Numbered from the stretch's first letter, positions 10,467-20,446 are shown. The stretch: 61,498 nt of DNA from Eubacterium sp. (GCA_022769325.1 JALEKC010000154.1:1-61498); one strand, 5' to 3'. A program made the numbers and translations. Notes: generated by a model from the sequence alone, not told the origin.

Positions 10467-11168
10467 GTGAGCATAAAAGAGTTAGAAGCAGTAATTGAAG
10501 CGATTCTTTTTACCATGGGAGAGGCCGTGGAAGTGGAGAGGATTGCTACTGCTGTAGAACATGATGAAGATACCATTCGGCGCTTGATTCGCAATATGAT
10601 GACCAGATATGAAGAAGAAGATCGCGGAATCCGGATTATAGAATTGGATGGCTCCTTTCAACTTTGTACCAAACCGGAAATGTATGAGTATTTAATTAAA
10701 GTGGCTCATGTACCGAAAAAGCATGTTTTGACGGATGTTATGCTGGAAACACTTTCTATTATTGCTTATAAGCAGCCTATTACCAGATTGGAAATTGAGA
10801 AAATTCGGGGAGTAAAATGCGATCATGCGGTAAATAAATTGATTGAATACAATCTTATTTGTGAAGCGGGACGACTGGATGCTCCCGGGCGGCCTATTTT
10901 ATTTGCAACCACAGAAGAATTTTTACGTTATTTTGGAATTGAATCACTGGAAGAACTTCCGATTCTCAATCAGGAAACCATAGATAATTTCAAAGAAGAA
11001 GCAGAAAGGGAAGTTATGCGGGAGATGGCAGCCGGTGAGTGGAAAAATGGGGAATTGCCGGAAGAAGTTTTGGCAGAGCAAATGTTATCGGAATCCATGG
11101 AGCCGGAGGAAGAAACCCGGGAACCAGAGGAAGCAACTCTCCAATGGGATGGATTAGAAGAAGAATAA
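10467..11168 (+). CDS. scpB: Segregation and condensation protein B
   Basis: LETLSIIAYKQPITR, IRGVKC and PGRPILFATT motifs; acidic tail. Confidence 0.96.
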   Translation: MSIKELEAVIEAILFTMGEAVEVERIATAVEHDEDTIRRLIRNMMTRYEEEDRGIRIIELDGSFQLCTKPEMYEYLIKVAHVPKKHVLTDVMLETLSIIAYKQPITRLEIEKIRGVKCDHAVNKLIEYNLICEAGRLDAPGRPILFATTEEFLRYFGIESLEELPILNQETIDNFKEEAEREVMREMAAGEWKNGELPEEVLAEQMLSESMEPEEETREPEEATLQWDGLEEE

Positions 11169-11224
11169 AAGAAAGGAATTCCAACTTTTCTCCAAAGAGA
11201 AAAGCGGAATTCCTTTCTTTTATT
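11164..11224. terminator. Bidirectional intrinsic terminator between convergent scpB and aldolase genes
   Basis: Perfect 19-bp arms AATAAAAGAAAGGAATTCC / GGAATTCCTTTCTTTTATT plus an inner 8-bp stem with CAAA loop. Confidence 0.85.
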
Positions 11225-12194
11225 TATAATCTACCAGTTCTACATAAAAGTTTCGATAATCTTTTCGTTTTTCTTTAGTAGCGGCAATGGCTGTACGAGG
11301 ATGCTGATTGAGCTGTCCTGTCAGAAGATAAGGGATGTTATACCCCCATACAACGCCCTGTTCTTTCAATGGCTCGATTTCTTTTTCCAAAAAATCCAAT
11401 ATCGGAAGAATATTATATTTTGGATTTTTCAGGAAGCCAAGAAGAATCTCGCTGGCACAGTTGCCGGCCCCACGTCCCATGCCACTGACGGTAACATCCA
11501 GATAGCTGACACCCCGGGACAAGGCTTCAATGGTATTGGCAAAGGCAAGCTGCTGATTGTTATGGGCATGGATACCGATGAATTTGTCATATTTTTCAGC
11601 AAAGGAAAGATATTTATCGGCTAATTTTCTCATTTGTTCCGGATAAATAGCACCATAACTGTCAACGATGTAAATTCCATCTACGGAACTCTGTCCAAAC
11701 AAGTCAAGGGCTTCATCGATGTCAGCATCGTTGTCGCTGGAAACCGCCATAATATTAATAGTAGTTTCATAGCCCTTTTCATGGCAATATTCAATCATTT
11801 CAATAGCTGCCGGAATGGTATTGATGTAGGTGGCAATACGAATCAAATCAATGACACTGTCACTTTTATCAATAATGTCCCGACGAAAATCGGTTCTTCC
11901 AACATCTGCCATAACGGCAATCTTCATATCGGAATCGTTGTCGCCCACAATGCGTCGTATATCTTCTTCTTCACAAAATTTCCATGGTCCGAAACTCTTC
12001 TCATCGAAGATATCTTTAGATGCCTTGTAACCAAATTCCATATAGTCAACCCCGGCTTTGATGTTAGCCTGGTAAAGATTTTTCACAAATTCATCGGTAA
12101 AACGAAAATCGTTTACCAGTCCACCATCGCGAATTGTCGCATCTACCACCCTGACATCAGGACGATAGGATAAAATTGTTCCTTTTGTTTCCAT
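11220..12194 (-). CDS. DRE-TIM (HMGL-like) metallolyase, 4-hydroxy-2-oxovalerate aldolase-like; substrate unknown
   Basis: DATIRDGG, YIVDSYG, HAHNNQQLAFANT and GMGRGAGN motifs; ATG at 12194 after GAAAGGA. Confidence 0.85.
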   Translation of the reverse strand: METKGTILSYRPDVRVVDATIRDGGLVNDFRFTDEFVKNLYQANIKAGVDYMEFGYKASKDIFDEKSFGPWKFCEEEDIRRIVGDNDSDMKIAVMADVGRTDFRRDIIDKSDSVIDLIRIATYINTIPAAIEMIEYCHEKGYETTINIMAVSSDNDADIDEALDLFGQSSVDGIYIVDSYGAIYPEQMRKLADKYLSFAEKYDKFIGIHAHNNQQLAFANTIEALSRGVSYLDVTVSGMGRGAGNCASEILLGFLKNPKYNILPILDFLEKEIEPLKEQGVVWGYNIPYLLTGQLNQHPRTAIAATKEKRKDYRNFYVELVDYK

Positions 12195-12249
12195 TTTTCT
12201 TTTCCTTTCAAAGAACGTATTTGTAGCAGGATAGTCTGCTACAAACATC

Positions 12250-12278
12250 ATTGTAACAGAAAAGATGGAAAAATGCAA
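12250..12278 (-). promoter_or_regulatory. sigmaA promoter for the aldolase-like gene
   Basis: Minus-strand TTGCAT-17 nt-TACAAT with extended TG. Confidence 0.65.
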
Positions 12279-12297
12279 AAGAAAATCAAACAAACTT

Positions 12298-12326
12298 TTG
12301 ACCCACGCTTTATTGTATGCTATAAT
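12298..12326 (+). promoter_or_regulatory. sigmaA promoter for purM-purN-purD-glyA
   Basis: TTGACC-17 nt-TATAAT with TATG extended -10. Confidence 0.75.
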
Positions 12327-12400
12327 AAAGATAATTTTGATGCGATTACCGCAAATAGAAAAAAACAATGCGCGAAATCAGGCGCAAGAAGGAGTTAAAA

Positions 12401-13426
12401 ATGGATTACAAGAAAGCAGGCGTGGATATTGAAGCAGGATATAAGGCAGTTTCTTTGATGAAAGAGCATATTGCCTCCACCATGAGACCAGAAGTTTTGA
12501 CAGATATTGGTGGATTCTCGGGGGCTTTTTCCATGAAAAAATTTATGGGGATGGAAGAGCCTACGTTGGTTTCAGGTACAGATGGTGTCGGTACAAAATT
12601 AAAAATTGCATTTCTTTTGGACAAGCATGATACCATTGGAATCGATTGTGTGGCAATGTGTGTAAATGATATTGCCTGTGCAGGTGGTGAACCATTATTT
12701 TTCCTTGATTATATTGCATGTGGCAAAAATGAGCCGGAAAAAATTGCAAAGATTGTAAGTGGTGTAGCGGAGGGATGTCGTCAGTCGGAAGCTGCACTGA
12801 TTGGTGGAGAAACAGCTGAGATGCCGGGATTCTATCCGGTGGATGAGTATGATTTGGCAGGTTTTTCTGTGGGCATTGTGGATCGTAAAGACATGATTAC
12901 CGGAAAAGAATTGAAAGCGGGAGACGTTTTGGTAGGTATGGCATCTTCCGGAATCCATAGTAATGGTTATTCTTTGGTACGTCAGGTATTTTCCATGAAT
13001 ACCGAGGCATTGAACCGTCATTATGAATCCCTTTCAGCCACCTTGGGAGAGACGTTACTCACCCCTACTAAAATTTATGTAAAAGCATTGAAATCCATCA
13101 AAGAAGCAGGTGTTCGCATTAAGGCCTGCAGCCATATTACCGGTGGTGGATTTTATGAAAATATTCCTCGTATGTTGATTGAGGGAACTCATGCCAATAT
13201 TAAAAAGGACAGTTTTGTCATTCCTCCAATCTTTGAAATGTTAGCCAAAGATGGTAATGTGGAAGAGACTGCAATGTTCAATACATATAACATGGGTGTT
13301 GGTATGATTACGGCCGTAGATTCACAGGATGTGGATAAGACGGTAGAGGCGATTCGTGCAGCTGGTGAAGTGCCATATATTATGGGAGAAATTGTTGCCG
13401 GTGAAAAAGGAATTACATTACAATAG
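12401..13426 (+). CDS. purM: Phosphoribosylformylglycinamidine cyclo-ligase (AIR synthetase)
   Basis: [27 protein letters not shown] and HITGGG motifs; ATG 12401 after AAGGAG. Confidence 0.97.
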   Translation: MDYKKAGVDIEAGYKAVSLMKEHIASTMRPEVLTDIGGFSGAFSMKKFMGMEEPTLVSGTDGVGTKLKIAFLLDKHDTIGIDCVAMCVNDIACAGGEPLFFLDYIACGKNEPEKIAKIVSGVAEGCRQSEAALIGGETAEMPGFYPVDEYDLAGFSVGIVDRKDMITGKELKAGDVLVGMASSGIHSNGYSLVRQVFSMNTEALNRHYESLSATLGETLLTPTKIYVKALKSIKEAGVRIKACSHITGGGFYENIPRMLIEGTHANIKKDSFVIPPIFEMLAKDGNVEETAMFNTYNMGVGMITAVDSQDVDKTVEAIRAAGEVPYIMGEIVAGEKGITLQ

Positions 13427-13436
13427 AGGTGAAATT

Positions 13437-14057
13437 ATGAAAATAGCAGTATTGGTATCCGGTGGAGGAACCAATCTTCAGGCTATTATGGATAGTTTGA
13501 AGGCAGGAACAATCACCAATACATCACTGGAATTGGTTGTGAGTAATAAGCCGGGAGCATATGCCTTAGAACGAGCGGCAAAAAATGGAATTCATAGCGA
13601 GTGTGTGGCTCCAAAAGATTTTTCTACAAGAGAAGAATACGGAGAAGCCATGATTGCTTTATTGGACAAATATGAGATTGAACTGGTGGTGCTGGCAGGA
13701 TTTTTGGTGATTTTGCCGGAAAATCTGGTGGCTCATTTTGCCGGTCGGATGATTAATATTCATCCGTCGTTGATACCGGCTCATTGTGGTCCGGGATATT
13801 ATGGATTGAAGGTGCATGAAAGTGTTCTGGCTCGTGGAAACAAGGTGACAGGTGCCACGGTTCATTTTGTCAATGAGATTGCCGATGGCGGTCCCATCAT
13901 TATTCAAAAAGCCGTTGAAGTGAAAGAAGATGACACACCGGAAGTTCTGCAAAAACGTGTGATGGAACAGGCGGAATGGAAGATTCTTCCACAGGCAATT
14001 GATGAGATTGCCAATGGACGGATTGAAATTGTAAATGGTATTGTAAAACATAGATAA
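13437..14057 (+). CDS. purN: Phosphoribosylglycinamide formyltransferase
   Basis: VLVSGGGTNLQA, INIHPSLIP and GATVHFV motifs; ATG 13437 after GAGGTG. Confidence 0.96.
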   Translation: MKIAVLVSGGGTNLQAIMDSLKAGTITNTSLELVVSNKPGAYALERAAKNGIHSECVAPKDFSTREEYGEAMIALLDKYEIELVVLAGFLVILPENLVAHFAGRMINIHPSLIPAHCGPGYYGLKVHESVLARGNKVTGATVHFVNEIADGGPIIIQKAVEVKEDDTPEVLQKRVMEQAEWKILPQAIDEIANGRIEIVNGIVKHR

Positions 14058-14075
14058 GGAAAGCGAGGATTTCTC

Positions 14076-15350
14076 ATGAAAGTATTAATCGTTGGAAGCG
14101 GTGGCCGTGAACATGCGATTGCGGTAAGTGTTGCCAAGAGTAAACAGGTTGAAAAGATTTATTGTGCTCCCGGAAATGCCGGGATTGCAGCGGTGGCAAC
14201 CTGTGTTGACATCGGAGCCATGGAATTTGAAAAACTGGCAGATTTTGCAGAAGAAAAGGAAATCGGACTCACCATTATCGGAATGGATGATCCTCTGGTA
14301 GGTGGTGTGGTAGATGTATTCGAAAAGCGTGGGCTTCGTGTATTCGGACCGAGAAAGAATGCAGCGATTATAGAAGGAAGTAAAGCTTTTTCCAAGGATT
14401 TAATGAAAAAATACAGCATTCCTACAGCTACTTATGAAAATTTTGATTCTCCGGAAAAAGCATTGGAATATTTGGAGAAAGCTAAGATGCCGATTGTTTT
14501 GAAAGCAGATGGGCTGGCTCTCGGAAAAGGTGTTTTGATTTGCAATACACTGGAAGAAGCCAAAGAAGGCGTAAAGACGCTGATGTTGGATAAGCAGTTT
14601 GGAGATGCAGGAAATCAGATTGTCATTGAAGAATTTATGACCGGACGTGAAGTATCCGTTTTGTGCTATTGCGATGGTACGCATATCAAACCTATGACCA
14701 GTGCACAGGATCACAAACGTGCAAAAGACAACGATGAAGGACTGAATACCGGCGGTATGGGAACATTTTCCCCAAGTCCGTTTTATACAGAAGAAGTACA
14801 AAAGTTTTGTGAAGAAAAAGTATACCAGCCAACCATGGATGCCATGAAAGCAGAAGGAAGAGATTTTGTGGGAATTCTATTTGTGGGTCTGATGCTGACA
14901 GAAGATGGTCCTAAAGTGTTGGAATACAATGCCCGTTTTGGAGATCCGGAAGCCCAGGTAGTGCTTCCACGTATGAAAAATGACATTGTGGACGTCATGA
15001 ATGCATGTATTGACGGAAAATTGGATGAAATTGATCTTCAATTTGAAGAGAATGCTGCTGTATGTGTGGTACTTGCTTCCGATGGTTATCCCCTTCATTA
15101 TGAAAAGGGGAAAGTTATCACCGGATTTGAGAATTTTGAAGAAAAAGACGGTTATTATGTCTTCCATGCGGGAACGAAGTTTGATGAAGACGGAAATATT
15201 GTAACCAATGGCGGTCGTGTCCTTGGCATTACAGCAAAGGGACAAGATTTGAAAGAAGCTAGAAAAAATGCATATGCTGCCACAGAGTGGATTTCCTTTG
15301 AGAATAAGTATATGAGAAATGATATCGGAAAAGCAATTGATGAGGCTTAG
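14076..15350 (+). CDS. purD: Phosphoribosylamine-glycine ligase
   Basis: GSGGREHA, KADGLALGKGV, QDHKR and NTGGMG motifs. Confidence 0.97.
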   Translation: MKVLIVGSGGREHAIAVSVAKSKQVEKIYCAPGNAGIAAVATCVDIGAMEFEKLADFAEEKEIGLTIIGMDDPLVGGVVDVFEKRGLRVFGPRKNAAIIEGSKAFSKDLMKKYSIPTATYENFDSPEKALEYLEKAKMPIVLKADGLALGKGVLICNTLEEAKEGVKTLMLDKQFGDAGNQIVIEEFMTGREVSVLCYCDGTHIKPMTSAQDHKRAKDNDEGLNTGGMGTFSPSPFYTEEVQKFCEEKVYQPTMDAMKAEGRDFVGILFVGLMLTEDGPKVLEYNARFGDPEAQVVLPRMKNDIVDVMNACIDGKLDEIDLQFEENAAVCVVLASDGYPLHYEKGKVITGFENFEEKDGYYVFHAGTKFDEDGNIVTNGGRVLGITAKGQDLKEARKNAYAATEWISFENKYMRNDIGKAIDEA

Positions 15351-15416
15351 ATGCACAGAGCAGACAGTTTTTGCCTGTGGCATCCCAATATAAATAGAAA
15401 AAAAGGAGAGTAAGAG

Positions 15417-16655
15417 ATGTATTCATTTGAAGAAGTAGTAAAAGCAGATCCGGAACTTGCAAAAGCAATGGAACTTGAGACCAATCGTCAAAATGACCAT
15501 ATTGAATTGATTGCATCGGAGACTTTTGTAAGTAAAGCGGTTATGGCAGCAATGGGAAGTACTTGTACCAACAAGTATGCCGAGGGATATCCGGGCAAAC
15601 GTTATTATGGCGGATGCCAATATGTGGATATGGTAGAGGAACTTGCCAGAGAACGTGCGAAAAAATTATTTGGTTGCACGTATGTAAATGTTCAGCCACA
15701 TTCCGGGGCACAGGCCAATATGGCAGTCTTTTTTGCCCTTGTGAAACCGGGCGAAACGGTTATGGGAATGAATCTGGATCACGGTGGACATTTGTCTCAT
15801 GGAAGCCCTGCCAATATATCCGGAACCTATTATAACATCGTACCTTATGGGGTAAATGATGAAGGATTTATTGATTATGACGAAGTGGAGCGCATTGCCA
15901 AAGAGTGCAAGCCAAAAATGATTATTGCCGGAGCAAGTGCATATTGCCGTAAAATCGATTTCAAACGTTTCCGTGAAATCGCAGATGAAGTGGGAGCGTT
16001 TTTGATGGTGGATATGGCGCATATTGCCGGTCTTATAGCTGCGGGAGTTCATGAGAGTCCGATTCCATATGCTCATGTAACAACTACCACAACCCATAAA
16101 ACCCTTCGAGGACCTCGTGGTGGTATGATTCTTTCCAGTGAAGAATTTGCTACGGAGCATAAGCTGAACAAAGCAATCTTCCCGGGAATTCAGGGAGGTC
16201 CATTGATGCATGTGATTGCAGCCAAAGCAGTTTGTTTCAAAGAGGCGTTGGACCCAAGCTTTAAAGAATATGGAAAAAATATTGTTGCCAATGCTCAGGC
16301 ACTTTGCAAAGGTCTTATGTCACGTGGTATTGATATTGTGTCAGGAGGTACTGACAACCATTTGATGTTGGTGGATCTTGCCGGAAAAGGCTTGACAGGA
16401 AAAGAAGTGGAGGCATGGTTGGATGAGGCAAATATTACCGCCAATAAAAATACCATTCCAAACGATCCACAAAGTCCTTTTGTTACCAGTGGAATTCGCT
16501 TGGGAACAGCAGCAGTGACAACCCGTGGTTTCAATACCGAAGATATGGATCAAGTGGCAGAAGCGATTGCGATGCTGATTGATGATGTAAATGCCAACAA
16601 AGAAAAGGCTATGGAAATTGTTAAAACATTGACAGATAAATATCCATTGTATTAA
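15417..16655 (+). CDS. glyA: Serine hydroxymethyltransferase
   Basis: [15 protein letters not shown] and [14 protein letters not shown] motifs. Confidence 0.98.
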   Translation: MYSFEEVVKADPELAKAMELETNRQNDHIELIASETFVSKAVMAAMGSTCTNKYAEGYPGKRYYGGCQYVDMVEELARERAKKLFGCTYVNVQPHSGAQANMAVFFALVKPGETVMGMNLDHGGHLSHGSPANISGTYYNIVPYGVNDEGFIDYDEVERIAKECKPKMIIAGASAYCRKIDFKRFREIADEVGAFLMVDMAHIAGLIAAGVHESPIPYAHVTTTTTHKTLRGPRGGMILSSEEFATEHKLNKAIFPGIQGGPLMHVIAAKAVCFKEALDPSFKEYGKNIVANAQALCKGLMSRGIDIVSGGTDNHLMLVDLAGKGLTGKEVEAWLDEANITANKNTIPNDPQSPFVTSGIRLGTAAVTTRGFNTEDMDQVAEAIAMLIDDVNANKEKAMEIVKTLTDKYPLY

Positions 16656-16702
16656 TCTTGCACAAAATGACTTTTGAGCCCGACAGCATAATATTCTAAG
16701 TA

Positions 16703-16738
16703 AAAAAACTACCAATTCGAAAGAGTTGGTAGTTTTTT
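16703..16738 (+). terminator. Intrinsic terminator after glyA
   Basis: AAAAAACTACCAATTC-GAAA-GAGTTGGTAGTTTTTT hairpin with U tract. Confidence 0.85.
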
Positions 16739-16770
16739 GGTGCACAAGCCTGACAAGTACCAAAAAAGTT

Positions 16771-16799
16771 TTGACATCTTTTTTTAAAAGAGGTAAAAT
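16771..16799 (+). promoter_or_regulatory. sigmaA promoter for the GGDEF gene
   Basis: TTGACA-17 nt-TAAAAT. Confidence 0.75.
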
Positions 16800-16859
16800 A
16801 AGAAAAGATATTACTATGAAAAAGGATGAAATAGGAACGGAATGGAAAGGGGAAACATT

Positions 16860-18767
16860 ATGTTAGGAAATGGAAGGAAAACCATTGGTTTGTTTGTGTT
16901 TAGCAGTTATGAACCTTATCAGCAGCAAATATGCCATGGGGTTGCGGAACAGGCATTTGCTAAGGGATATAATGTGGCAGTGATGAATGCGTTTGGCCGA
17001 TATGGGGATGATGTGGAATATTTCCAAGGAGAAGCGCAGATTTTTGATTTGCCGGATTATAGTAAGTTTGCCGGTATCATTTTAACAACAGATATGTTTA
17101 ATATCCCAGGAGCGAAAGAAAATGTATTGAAGCATATTCAACAGGAGGCTCATTGTCCGGTGGTATCCCTTCGACAGCAGATAGAAGGGATGAATAATAT
17201 TTTATTGGACGAACCTAATAACATGGAGGAAATTATTCGTCATGTGATTGAAGTGCACCATGCCAGAGATATTGCCTTTATGTCTGGACCTAAGCAACGG
17301 GAAGATGCAAATTCCCGTTTGGAATGTTTCAAACGTCTGATGGAAGAGTACGGATATTCCATTGGTAAGAATCGTATTTACTATGGAAATTTCTGGAAAA
17401 ACCAGGGACCTGACGTATGTGATTTCTTTTTGTCGGGAGATAAGTGGCCGGATGCCATTATTTGTGCCAATGATAATATGGCTTTGTCTGTATGTGATGA
17501 ACTGTATGAGCGTGGCATTCGTGTGCCGGAAGACATCATTGTGACAGGTTATGATGGAGAAGAAGAAGGAAAATATTATCAGCCGGCATTGTCAACGGTT
17601 GAAGTTGATTTTATTGATATGGCACACCAGGCAGTGGATTTAATTGAAAAGCATCAGAAAGATTTAAAATGTGAGACGGTTTATGCCAAAACCAAATGCT
17701 ATCCCAAAGAATCCTGTGGATGCAAGAAGATAAATACTAATTTTCCAAAACGTGCCATGCATTATAGCTCCAATCTCCGATTGGGCAATTTGGAGATGCA
17801 ATTTAGTTTTATGTCTATTGAATTTGGAAAAATCCGAAAAATCAGCGAAATGCCGCCGATTGTTGAAAAATACATTTACAATTTTACAGATTTTGCAGAT
17901 TATTATCTTTGTATTTGTGATGGACTGCGAAAAATAGAAGAAGGAAAAGCCAATGATTACACGGAACAAATGCATCTGCGTGTTGGTTTTCATAATAGAA
18001 TGAACATGTCAGAACCAGGACAGAGGTTGGATATTGCCTTTCCCAAAGAAGACTTGATTCCCCATGAGTTGGTGGGAGAGGAACCTCAATGCTTTTATTT
18101 TGTTCCGGTTCATTATCAGAATACGTGTTATGGATATGAAGTTTATCAGTTTTCGGAGGCGAATAAAGGGGGAGGGATTTATCCCCGTTGGACCATTGCC
18201 ATTGCCAATGCCATTGAGTCCATTCGCATCCAGGAAAAATTGCATGATTTGATAGATGAATTGGAAAATATGTACATACATGATGTAATGACCGGATTGT
18301 ATAACCGCAGAGGGTTTGAAAATTATGCAAGAAGTCTGTTCTTAGAGGCGAAAGTCAAAGAAATCAGTGTCTGTGTTCTAGGAATCGATGCGGATGGATT
18401 AAAAACGATTAATGACATATTTGGTCATCACGAAGGGGATAATCTGCTTCGCTGTATCGGTTATGCCATCAATGAAGCAGGAAGCCAGGGGCAGATTGGA
18501 GCACGTATTGGTGGAGATGAATTTGAAGTTATTATCCTAAATGCAGAGGAAGAAGATGCCAAGCGTTGGGTTTACAAGTTTGAACGAAGTTTGGAGAATT
18601 ATAATCAAAAATCAGGAAAACTATATAAGGTACATGCCAGTGTGGGATATCGTGTGGGAATACCAAATCCGGGGGATACTTTGGAGAGTTATATGAAAGA
18701 AAGCGACGATATTATGTATCAAAATAAAATCAAAAACAAACGCAGGAGAAATGAGCCCCTGCGCTGA
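16860..18767 (+). CDS. Diguanylate cyclase with N-terminal LacI-type sugar-binding sensor domain
   Basis: PDAIICANDNMA...RVPEDIIVTGYD (LacI/PBP-like); DVMTGLYNRRG, LKTINDIFGHHEGD and RIGGDEF. Start is 16860 or 16842. Confidence 0.9.
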   Translation: MLGNGRKTIGLFVFSSYEPYQQQICHGVAEQAFAKGYNVAVMNAFGRYGDDVEYFQGEAQIFDLPDYSKFAGIILTTDMFNIPGAKENVLKHIQQEAHCPVVSLRQQIEGMNNILLDEPNNMEEIIRHVIEVHHARDIAFMSGPKQREDANSRLECFKRLMEEYGYSIGKNRIYYGNFWKNQGPDVCDFFLSGDKWPDAIICANDNMALSVCDELYERGIRVPEDIIVTGYDGEEEGKYYQPALSTVEVDFIDMAHQAVDLIEKHQKDLKCETVYAKTKCYPKESCGCKKINTNFPKRAMHYSSNLRLGNLEMQFSFMSIEFGKIRKISEMPPIVEKYIYNFTDFADYYLCICDGLRKIEEGKANDYTEQMHLRVGFHNRMNMSEPGQRLDIAFPKEDLIPHELVGEEPQCFYFVPVHYQNTCYGYEVYQFSEANKGGGIYPRWTIAIANAIESIRIQEKLHDLIDELENMYIHDVMTGLYNRRGFENYARSLFLEAKVKEISVCVLGIDADGLKTINDIFGHHEGDNLLRCIGYAINEAGSQGQIGARIGGDEFEVIILNAEEEDAKRWVYKFERSLENYNQKSGKLYKVHASVGYRVGIPNPGDTLESYMKESDDIMYQNKIKNKRRRNEPLR

Positions 18768-18778
18768 CATTTTTTGGA

Positions 18779-19558
18779 TTATTCATGCAATTCATTTCTC
18801 ATTAGTCCCAGAGCATTTTTTTCAAGGCGTGATACTTGAGCTTGTGAGATATGGATTTCTTTTGCTACTTCCATTTGCGTTTTTCCTTGGAAATAACGCA
18901 GGTCAATGATGGTTTTTTCCCGGGAAGGAAGGGAGCGGATGGCCTCCCGCAGGGAAAGCATTTCCACCCAGCCCTCTTCTTTATTCTTGCTATCACTGAT
19001 TTGATCCATGATATAGAGGGTGTCCCCTCCATCGGAATACACAGGTTCATAAAGAGACACAGGACTTTGGATGGCATCCAGTGCCATGGCAATTTCCTCC
19101 GGTGCCACTTCCAGTTTCTTTGCAATTTCATCTAAAGTGGGTTCTTTTTCCGATTGTTTCATCAAGGCCTCTTTGGTATAGATTGCCTTGTAGGCGATGT
19201 CGCGCAGGGAACGACTTACACGGATGCTGTTGTTGTCTCTTAGATAACGTCGAACTTCTCCAATGATCATGGGTACCGCATAGGTGGAAAATTTTACTTG
19301 TAAGGTGGTGTCAAAATTATCAATGGCTTTCATCAGGCCGATGCATCCGATTTGAAATAAATCATCGATATTTTCACCGGCATTGGTAAAGCGTTGAATA
19401 ATGCTTAATACAAGACGTAGATTTCCTTTGATAAAAGTTTCTCTGGCATTTCGGTCACCTTTTTTTATCTTCTCAAATAATTCCTTTTTTTCATCTTCCG
19501 TGAGGAGTGGGAGTTTGCTGGTATTGACCCCACAGATTTCAACTTTGTATTGTGCCAT
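18779..19558 (-). CDS. sigG: Sporulation sigma factor SigG
   Basis: Diagnostic KVEICGVNTSKLP N-terminus; DDLFQIGCIGLMKAIDNFD; GKTQMEVA. Confidence 0.96.
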   Translation of the reverse strand: MAQYKVEICGVNTSKLPLLTEDEKKELFEKIKKGDRNARETFIKGNLRLVLSIIQRFTNAGENIDDLFQIGCIGLMKAIDNFDTTLQVKFSTYAVPMIIGEVRRYLRDNNSIRVSRSLRDIAYKAIYTKEALMKQSEKEPTLDEIAKKLEVAPEEIAMALDAIQSPVSLYEPVYSDGGDTLYIMDQISDSKNKEEGWVEMLSLREAIRSLPSREKTIIDLRYFQGKTQMEVAKEIHISQAQVSRLEKNALGLMRNELHE

Positions 19559-19585
19559 GATTCTTCCCTCACTTCTTTTGTCATT

Positions 19586-19615
19586 TAGTTTGCACACAAA
19601 TCGAATGAATTATTC
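19586..19615 (-). promoter_or_regulatory. Putative sigmaF/sigmaG-type promoter for sigG
   Basis: Minus-strand GAATA-18 nt-CAAACTA resembles the forespore sigma consensus. Confidence 0.55.
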
Positions 19616-19653
19616 TTTGGCAGCATAGATTTATAAAAAACGGGTGAATTTTC

Positions 19654-19914
19654 ATGCGAATTTGTGAATTACGGGAAAAAGAAGTGATTAATGTCTGTAA
19701 TGGGGAGCGTCTGGGATATGTGGAAGATATGATATTTGATTTGTGCCGTGGGTGTATTTCTCATATCATTGTTCCAAAGAATTGTAAATTTATGGGGCTT
19801 TTTGGAAAAGAGGAGGAGTTTGTCATTGATTTGAAATGTATCTGTCAAATTGGCAATGATATTATTCTTGTGGAAATTCCGCCGGATAAAAATCACAAAT
19901 TTTATGAAAAATGA
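19654..19914 (+). CDS. YlmC/YmxH family sporulation protein (PRC barrel)
   Basis: LREKEVINVCNGERLG...IGNDIILV motifs. Confidence 0.92.
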   Translation: MRICELREKEVINVCNGERLGYVEDMIFDLCRGCISHIIVPKNCKFMGLFGKEEEFVIDLKCICQIGNDIILVEIPPDKNHKFYEK

Positions 19915-19990
19915 CTTTACGTCAAAGAGATTTTCGATTATGATAAATAAGAAGCATTTTTGAGAATAATACAGAAAAGAGGTTAGAAGG

Positions 19991-20446
19991 ATGAAATGTC
20001 CATTTTGTGGGGAAGATAATACCAAAGTGATTGATTCAAGACCGGCAGATGATAATAGTTCCATTCGTCGCAGAAGACAATGTGAGCGTTGTGGGAAACG
20101 ATTTACTACCTATGAAAAACTAGAGACCATACCTTTAGTTATCATTAAGAAAGATCAGACGAGAGAACCCTATAACCGCGACAAAATAGAACAGGGAATA
20201 TTCCGTTCCTGTACGAAATTAGCTATTTCCGTCGATGATATTAATCAAGTAGTGGATCAAATTGAAACCGAGATATTCAATTTGGGAGAAAAAGAAGTAT
20301 CCAGTAAATATATTGGTGAAGTTGTTATGGAACGTCTCAAAACACTTAATCCCGTGGCTTATGTGCGCTTTGCTTCGATATATCGGGAATTTAAGGACGT
20401 TAATACCTTTATGGATGAGATTAAAAAAATACTGGACAATCAATAA
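19991..20446 (+). CDS. nrdR: Transcriptional repressor NrdR
   Basis: CPFC...IRRRRQCERC zinc ribbon, RFTTYE, VAYVRFASIY. Confidence 0.97.
   Translation: MKCPFCGEDNTKVIDSRPADDNSSIRRRRQCERCGKRFTTYEKLETIPLVIIKKDQTREPYNRDKIEQGIFRSCTKLAISVDDINQVVDQIETEIFNLGEKEVSSKYIGEVVMERLKTLNPVAYVRFASIYREFKDVNTFMDEIKKILDNQ

Noticed and set aside
12195-12368. 58-codon N-terminal extension of the aldolase ORF
   Set aside because: It covers the two divergent promoters; the RBS supports ATG at 12194.
15350-15384. Imperfect hairpin between purD and glyA, considered as a ZTP riboswitch or terminator
   Set aside because: Too short, no ZTP consensus recognised, no U tract.
16658-16755. TGCACAA...TGAC near-repeats flanking the glyA terminator
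   Set aside because: Only 7 bp identical with unequal spacing; compatible with chance.
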